A stretch of 59,717 nt of DNA, filler included, from Sluysia triapertura (lineage: Eukaryota), in the NCBI GenBank assembly GCA_046118255.1. It is 5 parts of 5 records of this genome, joined end to end, with 100 filler letters (N's around TTAATTAATTAA, not from the genome) between each part and the next. Parts side by side here need not be neighbours in the genome. Positions count along the whole stretch, not along the records: positions 10,958 to 22,367 come from JBJNIA010185045.1; positions 22,468 to 33,828 come from JBJNIA010185579.1; 3 more parts are not named here. One strand, given 5' to 3'. The notes beneath the pieces were generated by a model that saw only the letters and a program-made list of their open reading frames with translations, ran no database searches and had not been told where the DNA came from. Position 1 is the first letter of the stretch. Each line of letters starts with the position of its first letter. Below are positions 10,958 to 24,602 of this stretch, in pieces. The position numbers and the translations under genes were made by a program.

Positions 10958-13900
10958 AGTTCTTTAATAACGTTCAACTTATTCTGTTATCCTAAGTTTT
11001 GACCCTTATATCAACCCTTATCCTTCACTAATCCTAACAGTATAAATATTGTAAGTTAAATTATTATAAAAGCTTTTTGCTTAAATTGAAATCACATGCA
11101 TCACAGAAAACGTTCTAAGTTAAATTTAACTTAAAATATTGAGGATATTATAAGAGTATTCCAATTTATAAGAAATTCTACGATTGCATATAAATACAAG
11201 GTGTATTAATTCTTAGGAGAAAACTTTTACATTGATTAAGAAATTATTGATTGTAAAATTCTGTAGCCACGTCTACTATACGTTACAAATCGTAGACTAC
11301 AGACGGACCCGTTTAAATTTATAATTGTTTATAAGATAAAACAAAATCTTAACAAAAGCATTAATTGATTCGGATAATCCTGTTGGGATTAGATAAATAT
11401 TTATAACATATCAAATGATTACTTGTGTGACAGATTTTAACGATTCAATAAACGATGTATTTCTTTTAATAACACAAAATGTAGAAAGTAAAACGAAAAA
11501 ATTAAAAGATATTGCGTCTAAAAATGCGTTCCCTACTCAAGGATAATATTCAAAAATCATTTTTATTAAAGTGAACATTCATATTTAGGTAGTAAATTTC
11601 TGCTTGATAAAATATATTTTGTCAGTTTCATTTATCTTATTATAAATTGTTTCTTGAACTTTAAACTTTCAGATGTAAATTAAGTTCGGAACATTATTAA
11701 GATTTAAAATTAAATTTTACTAGTCGAATTCACCATATTCTTTGGATGTATACGGGTTGTTGTTATTTATTTTACTTTTTATTTATTTTATAAATTTTAT
11801 TATTCATTAATTTCATTTAATTTTTGTTATTCGTATTCTAGAAACCTTTACAAAACCATTATTTGACAATCTTCCAGATTTCAGGATACATTCATATACC
11901 GAATACAAATATTAAATTATACTTAAATGAAAACGTTTTTAATGCAACACATATTCGCAAATAAAGAAAATTGTTCAATTAAAAATGAATAACATATGAA
12001 TTAATCAACCTCTTAAAATATAAGTTTTCAATACATTTTAATGACTTTATATAAACCATAATATTGGAGTTCGATAATTATAAAAACAAATTAGTTTACT
12101 GTCAGAGTTAAACAGTAAATAAACTGGCTGCAGAGTGGTAAGACTATGATTACATGTGGAAAATTAAAATATTTAGATAGTAAATTTAGCATAATTATAT
12201 TTTGTAAAGCTCATCATTTAACGAATAATTGAACGAATTAGATAATATTGCATAATGTTATGTAGGGAATTGCACTTTATCAATTCTTGATTGATAAACG
12301 TCTTTACCAAAGAATCTATACTTGATTTTTGTATCTAAATCTAATATATATCTTAAATTTTTGTTATGTCTTCACTATGAAAATATTTTCAAAAACATTT
12401 CAATCGCGTTAATTAATTATTAAACACAAAAAATTTCTATTTCGTTATGAACTACTAAAGATTTAAAAATATCATTTCAATCACCAACCTATGTATAATA
12501 AAAAATGAAAATGAAACAAAAAATGATAAATCAAATAATACAATAATAATCAACATAAACCTTTAATCATTTTGTAATAGAATGAATTATGTTTATTAAA
12601 CTTGAAAGACAATATTACATTATTTCTTTGATATATTTATTCAATCAATCTATCCAAACAAACAAATTTCCAAATGCACTACTAAAACAATAATCACAAT
12701 ATAAAATATGCGTATAAAATTGTACTTTTTTTACAAAATAACAAATATTCTATTTATTAAAATAAGTAAATAAATTCACACATTAAATAAATTGTAAAAA
12801 GCAATTTCCGATTGGTTTGTTTGAATTAATAATAACAAATTATAATCAATAAAATAATGAAAATTAAATAAATCCTTGTACATAAATTAAAATTTCTAAT
12901 CATATTAAATTTCTATAATTTCATCTAATTACACATCGACGAAATTGTTAATTTTATTTTCATCATAAATGTTTGTAAAATTCTATGTAGAATTTAAATT
13001 CAAATTATAATTTATTGTTATGAAAAGAACGTCATCGTACGCATTTCATGCTTAAAAATCAATGTAACACAATTTACAATCCAAACTAAATAATAAATAA
13101 TGCATCTTTTAACAATAATGAATAACTATAAAATAAGTTTATTTTCGTACATAATTTGTATAAGACGCTTCAAAAAGATATAGTACTTCTAGAACCTTTT
13201 TCATCTTTTTGTTACCAAATTTTAATACTTACATAACCTTTCAAGTGATGAGCATAGTTAGTTTTCTAAAATGGAAGCATTAATCATTACAGGATACGGG
13301 AAACAATAGTGTAGTTCGTTCAGACAATTTTTTCTGGAATTGGTGTTTTTCGATTTGGTTCAACATCGATTATGTAGTAAAATTTTCAATTTTTATATTA
13401 GTGTGACTGTTGTTCAAATTAATTTTAAAGCTCAAATTATGCCAAAAAGTTTATCAAGTTCAAAATAAAATAAAACTTGAAAATAAAAGCAATAAAATTA
13501 AGCAACAACAATAATTGAATTGTGATCAAAATTCAAGGAAATTTTTAATACATTACAACTGTTAAACGTCTACATTAATTTAAAATATTTTGTAAAAATT
13601 TGTAAAAAATATTTGCATGTACCAAAAATCAAATATTTGTATAAGTGAAACAAATTATGCAGAAAAAACACTTAATCTGTTGTTTTTATCTTTCTTTTTG
13701 TAATTTAAACTTTAAACCAAACCGATACTAGTCTTAGGTTATATAATTGTCAAAATATTATGGAATCTAGTTTCCAAAATTAAACTTCTCGTTGAATCAC
13801 ATTAAAGCTGTTTAGAGAATATAAAATTTATTGCAAGAGATTCGTATTTTCAAAACGGGTGAAACAAATGTACCTCACATGTATCAGTTATTGGTCGATA

Positions 13901-14114
13901 ATTCCTAAGGGTCTATTACTTAACACAAATAATGTTTAACGCAAATAATCATTGGGTACTATTAGCACTACATGTCTGAACCAAAATGAGTTAAAATTCT
14001 GGAATATTATATTAATTTAAAAAAATAATTTGCGCAATAATAATAATAATATAATAATAAAATCAAAAGAATATCGAGTTACAAGGGTTATTAATTAATT
14101 AATTAATTAATTAA

Positions 14115-17100
14115 TTAGTACTGACTGAAATCTGCCACATTATTTGTATTGCTACTTGTATTAGTACTGCTAAAGAAAGGGGCTGCTTCAGGTACCAGTA
14201 AAGTGTGACATACACGACATACTGGAACTTGTCGTGGTAAGCCACTTATTGGAGAATGAGTTTGTAACATTTTAAGACATTTCATGCAAAAAATTTTACC
14301 GCAATGACGACAATGTCGTTTCACTTGAATATTCATTTGTTGTTGATTCTTTGGAATAGTATTTGGACTTGACGTTTGTTGATTTTGAACACTTTTCCGT
14401 TGATATTGTTGTATAAGATTTTTGAAATCTTGATCACAATCGTTACAAGCTTGTACATCTTCATCATATTGCCAACGAAGCTAATAAATACATTGCGAAA
14501 TTTTAGATAATAATTATGTATAAATATCAACATTTGCATGTCTAGGTTGCTCTGTATTCAAATATAAGGCGGTGTTATTATTACATCAGTGTTTCTAAAG
14601 ATTAAACATTTTATACGATTTTACTTCTTGGCCTTATAAGATTAATTTGTCATTGTAGAATAATATCAAAATATACTTTGACGAGACATGCTTATCACGA
14701 TGTTGATTTTTAATATTATAATACAAATTTAAGCTACTTAGGTATTAATTATATTTACTTTTCAACTTTTTTCAGTTTTGTAATGTATACATATCATGTA
14801 CAGGTATATAGTAAATAAACTATACAATGATCTGCAAAAACGACTTACAAGATACAAACAAGTTAAATAAGTATTTATTATAAATATCATTAAATTCGTC
14901 TTTCTTTTGAAATTATGAATCTATTAATTTTCTGACCGCTCTTTTCATAGCAGTAAATTTCTCCTCAGCTACAAACCACATTCCAAAATAATTGAATTTT
15001 TAAAATTCAGTTTATGATTAACTGCTACGTGAATTCTTTTATTATGAGCATTAATATTCTCGCATCCCGAGAAAAAATAGATATTGTTTTGGTACTAATA
15101 TTCTAAAAAAAGTATTATTTTTGAAAATAAACTTTAATCAATTTCTACAATATTGAAACTTATTTATGTCTTTAATGTATTTACATTATTTTTTATATTG
15201 TTTTAAGGATATTTTTTCTAGATATTGTAAAAAATATTTCATAAAATTTTCTTTCAAATTTTATTGGAATCTATTTTCAATTGCTTTATGACATGGTATC
15301 ATGAATACCTAAGGCTTTACCACTTCAGGTTCCTCTAGGTATACATAAGTTAGTTTTAGAATTCTCCGCAGACACCAATTTGAAAATTCAAACATTTAAT
15401 TGTATAAAAACAATATAAATTAAAAAAATCTAAATTTTTCCTTATAGATATAGTTTGTCTACAATATTTTATGATCATTTTGAAATGCAACCATCTGACG
15501 TACTTAGATAAGTTTGCATTGTGTAATTTTGCAACTTTCGTAACTAAAAAAGTTTCGAATATTGAGTTTAAACAATTTCTTATAATTTATTTTAAGCATT
15601 TCATTGTTAGGATCTATGTGATTTCCTGTGTTTGATTTCAAACAAAATTAAAAACATTAAAAATATTAATTTATAAATCTTAAATTTATAACCTTAAATT
15701 AACAACTAATGGGAATTTTCATTTAGTGTTTCACAATAATTTTAGTAATGTACGGTTAAATGTCAAAATTTATCTGGATCGATAATTGTGTATGATTTAT
15801 TAAATATAAGCTCACAAGGCATGTTATATAAGAATACTGAATCTTATAATATACCTACAATTTAATTCAAATGCCGTAATACGTTTCACAACTTTTATGT
15901 TTATTTTGCTTAATGTGTGGCAATTTAATCTATGCTCTCGTTTTCTTTTTAGATCTTTTCTGTGAATTTGTTTTAATTAATTTGTTTGAAATTTCAAAAC
16001 CTACAAAAACTATTCTCTGGAGTGATGAACCGTCACAATTGCCACTGCTGGGGCAGAGATTCTTGTGTTACCTGTGAAAAAAATGCAGAATCGACCTAAA
16101 GTAACGGTATGGTGTAGAATGACTTCAGATAGAATTGTGGGTCCCTTTATCCTTCGTGATATTGTGAATGCCGAAAGGTACCTCACTATGTTGAGAGATT
16201 AAGTTTGGCCATTTATCAGTATTGAAGATTTGATTTGAAGATGGAGCTCCTCCACACTTTGCTATATTTATTCGTGAATGGATGAGTGATCAATTTCCTG
16301 GAAGATGGATGGGTCATCGTGGTTCGCACGAATTGCCAGCCAGAAGTCCTGACTTAACACCATGCGACTATTTTCTCTACTCAAGTCTACTCAACCAAAG
16401 CAAGAAAATTGGAAGAACTTGAAGGACGAATACGTGAAGTTATGGCTTTCATCCTACAAGAAATCAATTGGTCGGCTTGAGAAACTGGTAGCGAATGATG
16501 GTGCCTATGTTGAATTTTAAATAAAGTTCATGCAATAACTTCTCATATTTATTAAACGTATAAATTATATTTAAATTATAAAATACAGTTATTTTAAAAT
16601 AGGGAGTATTTTCAATTACCCTTTGTGTTACAACATCACAATCTTCATATTTCATAAACCTTATTAATTTGGAATTTACTTCATAGTCAGGAAAACCCAT
16701 TTGTCTTCTGCTACAATCGTCGAATTATACAAATTAGTAAATCTTTTTATAAATATAAAAAAAGTAACAATATGCAAATGTAATTGTTATACTTTTCTAC
16801 AACCTTTGAAGGTGTAATGCAAAGTATGCATTTTTATTTATTTAAATAAGAAAGTATTACTTCTTTTTCTTCTTGTCTTAAAGCTTCCAGTTGAATCTGA
16901 AGAGATTGAGAAAGTTTTACAAAATCTTTTTGAACACTTTCACTGTTTTCTAACTCCATTTGAAGTACTTGCAGTCGATTTTTTAAAGATTTATTTTCAT
17001 TTTCACTTTGTATAAAGTTCTTTTTAACAACATCCAATTCAACCTAAATAATAAAATAAATGTTAAGGATTTTACTTTTATTAAAATCTTCAACGAATAA

Positions 17101-20100
17101 TTCCTACGTTATTTAAGTCTTATGTGAGCCTTATTTGAGATTATGTGCAAAATCTTGCTAAAATATTATATTACGTACATTTTTATTGGGAATTTAACCA
17201 TTGTTTTAAGACATCCCAGAATAAAGCAGAAACAAGTTATTGCTAGAGTAAGAAAGCAACATATTTTTCATTACTGACAATCTCTTAGATAATGGTATTT
17301 ACAAGGAATTTTGTGTGCAAAACTTTTGAAACTTCAAAATCACCTGTCATTTAGCCTCTTAATTTATTGAAGTTGGACGAAATTTTCCTTAAGTGAGAAA
17401 CAAAATACCTCTTACTTGACCAATTGATTTTATTTTTTGTTACACTGCACATTACAGTATGCAACAAACTAAATTTGTGAAGGACAGTAATTACTTCAAA
17501 ATAAAAATAAATTATTTTTGTTTTGACAACTATACTTAAATACTAATTAACTTTTCAATAGGCCTTTAAACTAAGTTCAAAAAAAGAAATTATTGAAGAT
17601 ATTAGACATAAAAGTCGCTCTCTAATTTATTAAAAGTTCTTAAAACAGTGTTTATTATACTTTGAAATATAAAATGAGTGAAAAAGATACGCGATGGAAT
17701 ATATAAAATACCCAAGCATGGTGTAAGAAGAGTTTTACCAATTTTAGATGTTTATAAATAAAAGAATTTTTATCGTCAATAATAAAAATTGGGATCAGCT
17801 TAAACTGTTTTGATTGAACAATTAGGCGTTATTTCCAAATTCCAGCACATACATTATAAAAACTTCATCTTGACACCAAAAATGAAATGTGTCTGAGTAT
17901 AAATTCATCATATGTGATCAGTTTGGAAAATGTATCTTTCTCAGAAGCACATTTATTTTATTACTGAGGCAATGAAAATGGCTAATCAGTGAAATATGAT
18001 CGATTGTACAGGTTGTCTTGTACAATATTTTGGATTGGATTGCTATTATATAGATTTATGACTCTACTATTTGCAGTACTAAATGAATTAAAGTTGAATA
18101 GAAAATACCGTATAAAAGTTGAATAAACATAGATCACAAATAGTAAGAAATTAGTACAATTATTTACCAAAAAGGCTGGTGGAAATAGGCTTAAAAGTTC
18201 AGTTTTTAATATTTTGTGCCTAACTTTTTTAGTCGCATTGAAAATTTTATATACTAAGCTTTAAATAGTTATAAGAAAATTGTGTAAAAATATTTTAAAG
18301 AATATTTTATTATACAACAGCGTAGATATCTCCTGACTAGAATGAGATATCTACATTATAAAATTGGAATCAATTATTTTAGCGACAAATCTAATAGACG
18401 TCACTAAGATTTTTGCAGTCTAGTTTTATTCATTTTTGCTCCGATTTGAAATTAAAACTAATTAATTAATCTAATTAATTAAACTAATTAAAATTAATTA
18501 AAATTAATCTAATATTTAAAATGATTTATATTTTAATGATTATTTTATTCATAAAAATGATAATTCTGTCATAGACCGTGAAATCAAGAAAAGTGTTAAA
18601 TTTGTTTTAATGTGTTTGTTAAGTTTACTAATATTACAAAGTAAATGAAAAAATAAAATAAAAATAACTACATAATAAATAGAATAGGTATTTCGTGAAC
18701 TAGAAGAACATGAAGTTGCAATGGTAAATCTTTGATCGGACTAAGATTCAAAACGGGAGACCATCGTATGAGAGTATGATTAAAAAAAGGACGAACACAA
18801 ATTGCTAGAACATCTTAATCAAATGCTCAGAATCCTAAAAAATATTCGTTTATGAAAATAAGTAAAGATTTTGACTCAATTCAACATGTTTTTTGGATAA
18901 ATATAGTTTACACTTGAATAGAAATGCAAATCGGCAAAATATGGTGTATTATTCAAGAGAAAACCAACATCTCATAGTAGTTTCGAAAGTATCACAATAT
19001 TGAAAGATGTTTCTTACTATCATTATATAACTTTCATCGAAATGAATCGAACAATGAATTTTGAAAGGTGCATTGAAATTCTTTCAACAAAAGCGACTGT
19101 ATTCAGTACAATGTAACACCTCTCCATTTTGTGAACATTTTCTAGAATGACATGGCTTCAAGAATAACTACAAGATTTTCTTTTTTCTATTTTGTGGCTC
19201 TGTTCTCACGTTAAGGATAATTTTTATCGAAGTAAATCAGTGTCACTCCAATAAATGATTTCAAAGATTCGCTGAGAAACATCTCATCCAAAATTACTCA
19301 AAATTATCGTGAAGTTTACATCGAAGAATGATGGCATATGGAAAATATTGTGCGATATTAGTATAATGATCATTTGTATAAGTGTGATTTTATGTTTTTC
19401 TCTTATATAAATTGGTTTCATTTCTTGTAAAGAGTGTGATAAAGAAATCATCTTGTATATTTGTAGTTTATTAAAGAAAAATAATTCAATATACTTTTAA
19501 ACATCGAATAGTTTCATCTAATGTTTCTGTAGATCGTTTAGACGATTTACATTTTTGTAATTCAATTTCTAATTTCTCTATTTTACACTCTAACTCTTTC
19601 TTTTCTTTATTGTGTTCGTCTAATATATTTTGTCGTTCTATTTGATCAGCGCTTTCTTTTTCTTTGTTAAATAGATCTGTACTTTTAAGACGATCTTCCA
19701 TATGTTCAATAGCAGATCTAAAATTTTTAAATTATGACTTATTTTATTCAATTTAAAATAATAAAACAATTTAGTATACGAATCTAAGAACATTAATATG
19801 TTTCACATAAACTATTAATTAAAAAAAATCCCAATACTTGTATTCAATAATTAATTCTCTATATTTCAATAAGTCGAAATGTGCCTCATCAATCATATTT
19901 GGTAATTCAATCTTTTCAGCCTCCATTTCTCGAGCTTTTAATGCTCGCTTCATTAAAAGTTGACCATAAACTGTCTCTATGTCATTAATCTTCTTTAAAG
20001 TGTTTGTTCTTTCATTAGCCATTTCTCGAAGTTGTTCCTCTGCAGATTCACGAAATTTCTAAGAGAAAATAATTAATTAATTAATTAAGGTTAATTGAAT

Positions 20101-22293
20101 AAAAGTTAATCTAAGGTTAGTATTGCAATTGCATCGCTTTTACAAATATTGGAATTAAATTTCACAAAGGCAAATAAGAGTAAAAGATTTATTATTCATC
20201 AATTATAATACAATTGTAAATCAAAATAAAGTAGCGACTTATTTCAAAAATGATAAATTACCCACTAATATTAAGTGCCACTATAAATCAAAGCATATAA
20301 ATGTTATATACAGTCGTCAACTACTCAAGAAACCTATATCGCCAGTAGTACATTGAGGCTTAACTGCAGAATTCATAATTGGATTACTTTTTCTTAAGTT
20401 ACATCAATGCCGCAACTTATCTAGAAATGTCCCGAACTTTACAATCTATCTTGCATTTGAAATAGTTTCAACCTGTTATAAGATCATCAAACCGAATATA
20501 AGTGAGGAGTATTAATGTGACTTTGACTGATAAAATATAATTATTTATACTGTTAATTAAAAAGAAAACGTAAGAATGGAATATGACGTGACGAAAATTA
20601 ATACAATGATAATAATGATAATAATAAACCAATAAAAAACTACTGTTATTATGCCCAATTACTAAAGTCATTAACTATTGCTATTTAGCTAATGTTTTAT
20701 GTGAAGGTGAAGAAAATTTGCAGAAGAGAGCTATTATTGTTTTGTAGAAGATGTATAATTTAAGAATGTATGCTGTAACATGTAGAGCTTAATATGTTGT
20801 GATGGATGTATTTAATGTAATTTGATTGATTTTTTACCTAATATGCGAAGATTGTTTAAGTGGGTACTTTCTGTTTTATATGGATGCAGAGCGTAATATT
20901 AAACTTTGAATTGTGAGATGAACCACTACAGTTGTGTTTATAGAACATTTATAAATATTCTTACTAATAAAAACGTACTTCACAAAAGGTATGCAGCAAC
21001 ATTTTTAATATCTTCAAACTTAATAAAATTTGTTTTGAGTTGGTTGTAAAATTCTTGGATTGATAAGGATGAAAATTAAAATCTTGTGTAATTTTAATTG
21101 GAAATTTATAATCAGATTTTATTAAATAACATATATTACATTGTTCAACATGGTCATCACGTTTGAACACACAAATTTGACAGCACTTACATAATTTGTC
21201 GAAAGATCATTTCGAAAGAATACTTTGCATACCTGATTAGGGGCAGAAAAGTTTCAGCATGTGATGCTTAGTAAGCACAATCTCTCAAGTAGAGCCAAGT
21301 AATTATTAATTGAAAGATCAAGTTTATGGAGAGGTTAATCGATGACCATAAAATCTAGCGATCAGTCAATTCACTATCCAGCATTTTCCAATATCCATTT
21401 GTAGAAGCACTATCTTGCTAATAATAATGATGTATATATCGCAAAGTTGAGGAAATTGTAATTACAATACATTACGTTAATACTATGATAAAACATTCAT
21501 AGTTAAAGCCATCTCAAGGAATCATTTACAAAATAAACATCACTTGGGATTTTCGTGATTTCTCTGTATATCAGTATTCGTTTTTCTTTAAGTGTTGCTT
21601 ATCATCGATTATTATTATACTTTTCACCATTTCTGATAAGTCTGCAAAAATCAAGTCATTTAGAGAATAATTGTATGCTTTAAATGCTTGTATTTTAACA
21701 ATACTTTTGCCAGCCGCTGGAAGTTACATTTTCTAAAGTTGTTGCAGTGTTTTTGTTCATTCTATTATCGTAATACAGTTGTGGAAATTGGAGCTTCGTA
21801 TTTTACTCCACAAACCCTAATCAAGCTTTCTCACAAAAATAAGTAATATGATTATTAACAATCGTTACGTTATTGAATCTGAGATAGTTCATAAAATAAG
21901 TCGAAGCATAATGAAATCAATTTATTAATTAATACTGTAAGTGACTAAAACATAAAAAATATGGATTAAAATATTGTCAATATAACTGCGCACGACGCCC
22001 AAAAAATCAGTGACTTTGCTTGAATATAATTTATTATTTTTAAATTACAATCTTTTAAAATATGAATAGCAGTAATAACGAAAATAAAAAACCTCATATT
22101 TTGATCGAATTTCTTCACTAAATGTTGTCAGACTGCTTATTTTGGCTGTTAATTGATCAATCAACACTTTTTGTGACTCTGAAGTTTCATTTAATCTGGA
22201 AGATAACTTTAAATTGGTTTCTTTTAAATTGTCATTTAAAACTTTTTGTTTTTTGATCTCGTTGTCTTTCTTTACAATTTCTTTTAAGCTATT
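14115..22293 (-). CDS. RABEP1: Rabaptin-5 (Rab GTPase-binding effector) with C-terminal FYVE domain, 5'-partial, 5 exons
   Basis: Phase-compatible GT-AG exons 22293-22093, 20058-19838, 19717-19495, 17043-16861, 14480-14115. Coiled coil; Rab5-binding ELENSESVQKDFVKLSQSLQIQLE; FYVE LRWQYDEDVQACNDC...KRHCRHCGKIFCMKC...VCRVCH. Confidence 0.9.
16005..16627 (+). mobile_element. Tc1/mariner DD41D (rosa/Visitor-type) transposase remnant in a Rabaptin intron
   Basis: KVTVWCRMT...VGPF...DGAPPHF...PARSPDLTPCDYFL, with 41 residues between the second and third Asp. Ends DGAYVEF*; TIR-like AATTACCCTTTGT. Confidence 0.85.
18700..19360 (+). mobile_element. Heavily decayed mariner-like (DD37D/DD41D-type) transposase
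   Basis: LNRNANRQNMVYYSRENQH, SHVKDNFYRSKSVSL and WHMENIV resemble the NKQN.RYWS.ENPH, YVKDKVY and G.HxE motifs. Confidence 0.55.
21250..21760 (-). pseudogene. Second decayed SF3 helicase
   Basis: KTLQQL*KM*LPAAGKS (Walker A), FADLSEMVKSIIIDD (Walker B), SINVMY...YIIIIA (B'/C-like), NNYLALLERLCLL (Arg-finger-like). Confidence 0.55.
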
Positions 22294-22298
22294 CTACA

Positions 22299-22367
<69 letters not shown>
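22299..22367. repeat. (ATT)n microsatellite at contig end
   Basis: Pure ATT run, the source of the spurious poly-Leu ORF. Confidence 0.95.
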
Positions 22368-22467
22368 NNNNNNNNNNNNNNNNNNNNNNNNNNNNNNNNN
22401 NNNNNNNNNNNTTAATTAATTAANNNNNNNNNNNNNNNNNNNNNNNNNNNNNNNNNNNNNNNNNNNN
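22368..22467. other. Artificial contig-joining linker
   Basis: N44-TTAATTAATTAA-N44. Confidence 0.97.
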
Positions 22468-22952
22468 CCCGTCTAACTTTTTCATTTTCAATATATTCAA
22501 TTATACTACTTGGCACTTTTTAGGCCTTTTTGCCCCAACAGTTATATTTTATAGTTTTTCTTTAATAAATTCATTTAGGTCTTATCTTAAATCCATTTCT
22601 ACTTAAAATGGTTTTTTCTTAATTTTTATGTTTTAATTATATTTGTATATAATTATATTATCTTAATTTTATTTTGTTTGTAAATTGTTTTGTAAAAACA
22701 ATATGAAACATATTAGTTTTTCTGATATTTCTAACAATAACTTTTTATAAGTCTAAACAAAAAGAAAAGGTTGAATCGATTCCGAATCTAATAAAATTGT
22801 ATTAAAATGATCTGTTTCGTTTATGAAATATAATTTGAGTCACCTGTAATCTTAGACTTATACACTGAGGATAGTTTGTGGGTATCAGCAAGAATAATAT
22901 ATAGATTAGTGGAGGTTGAACTAGTTTACAACTGATATCTTAGTAATAATGT

Positions 22953-23720
22953 TCAGTATTTTATTTTAAACTTGTTTAAAATTGATTCCTTAATTAATAG
23001 TGTTAGGTATAACTTATTCGGTATAAGATTAGTCGGCTCTTCCATTTTTTGATTTTCTTTTCCATTTATTATATTTCTCCATCCTCCTTGTTCTTCGACC
23101 AATAATTTAGTTTTCTTAGTAACGAAATTCGTAACTCTATCTATTTTATTTCTTGTAATCATCTTTTACTGATTACATTGATAGATAACAAACCAGAATT
23201 ATATTAAAATTATCCTTATCTATTCTTTTGCTAATTTGTTTATTTATTATTAACTTATATTGTCCAGTAACTATGAAATCGCTGATATCTTTATCTTTAT
23301 GTTCTTCTTTGAATTATCTTATTAACTTATTTATAGAGGTTCTATAATCCTTTTTAATTTATATAAGTAATTCTTATACTTATTAGAATTAGTGAACTTA
23401 TCAGATAAGAAAGCGTAAATTATTCCTTTAGTATCTATTCTAATTTCATCATCATTTTCATCAATTATTTTTTATAAATCGATAGTAGTTCTAACGATAG
23501 GTGTAGATGTTATCTTGTTTTCATCCTTTCTTCGCCGATCAGACCTCCTTTTTAATGTATTAGTTTCCTTATCAATAGTTTCTACATGTGGATTCTTATT
23601 TAGATTTACTATATAGTCAGGTTGTTCATCAATTTTATCATTTTCTAGATTAATTCTTGTTTCATCATCGATATCAACCCCCGTATTATTTTCATTAGTT
23701 TCTATATCGTCGTCTTCCAT
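22953..23720 (-). pseudogene. Intronless Bcl-2-family-like pseudogene
   Basis: Acidic N-terminal tail, BH4-like DTKGIIYAFLSDKF, BH3-like INKLIR*FKEEH, BH2 VTNFVTKKTKLLVEEQGGWRNII. Internal stops and two frameshifts; BH1 poorly conserved. Confidence 0.55.
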
Positions 23721-23816
23721 TAATTGTCTTAAAAAGGAATTAATATTACTTTTTATTTTTTCTTAAATATTTTTAAATATAATAATGATAATATTAAAAT
23801 ATAGAATAAAATAACA

Positions 23817-23817
<1 letters not shown>

Positions 23818-23878
<61 letters not shown>
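23818..23878. repeat. (AAT)n microsatellite
   Basis: Pure AAT run. Confidence 0.95.
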
Positions 23879-23881
<3 letters not shown>

Positions 23882-24602
23882 TTAATAATTATTAAATAAA
23901 ATCAAAAATATCAAATCATTAAAAATCATAAAATCATTAATCATGAAACTCAATCTTCACAATACTAAATTTACCAATTTTCACATTTTATGCTATTTTA
24001 TTGGAAATTCATGAAAAATTATACATTTTTTATTAATTTTGAAATTTACACTAACGCAAGTGGCGCCAGATTTTCAAAGGCCTTTCTCACATGTGTCATA
24101 ATTTCTCACAACTATTTTAAAGATTTTCACGTATTACTTTAAAGGTCTTAAAGGCTTGTTAAGGTTTCGAAGATTCTTAAAGATTTATAAGATCTTAATC
24201 CCAAATTGCATAGAGTTACTGCCTACAAGATGACATTTCAACATTTCAATTATAAAAAATGACTTGCCATTATTGAATATTTATAGATTGTTGCCGCTTA
24301 AGTGATTAAAAATCGTGATTAATTTGTTTGCGTCAAGTTATTTTATCTTGGTTATACTGCCAGTTATAAAGTTAATATACACGTACGATAAAGGTTTTAC
24401 TAAGGTTTCCGTCTTTGATAATTTGTTAATTCCATTAAAATAAACATAAACAAACCCGAAAACGAATTATATATTTTTATTTATTTAATATAGCTTTACA
24501 ATAAAATTCAAATTAAAAAAGGTAAACATAAAAAGACGGCAAAAATAATTTAAATTAAAATGTTATATATTTCTTCTCGGATAAGTTTAAATTCAAAATT
24601 AT

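Noticed and set aside
14091-14117. TTAATTAATTAA run as a linker remnant
   Set aside because: No flanking Ns; a natural (TAAT)n repeat overlapping the Rabaptin stop codon.
22214-22423. Poly-Leu ORF (also the 5' part of 52491-52727) and X-rich ORFs at 44660-44902
   Set aside because: Translations of ATT microsatellites and N gaps.
24061-24070. TGGCGCC as a tRNA-Lys primer-binding site
   Set aside because: Only 7 nt match, with no adjacent LTR or downstream gag on that strand.
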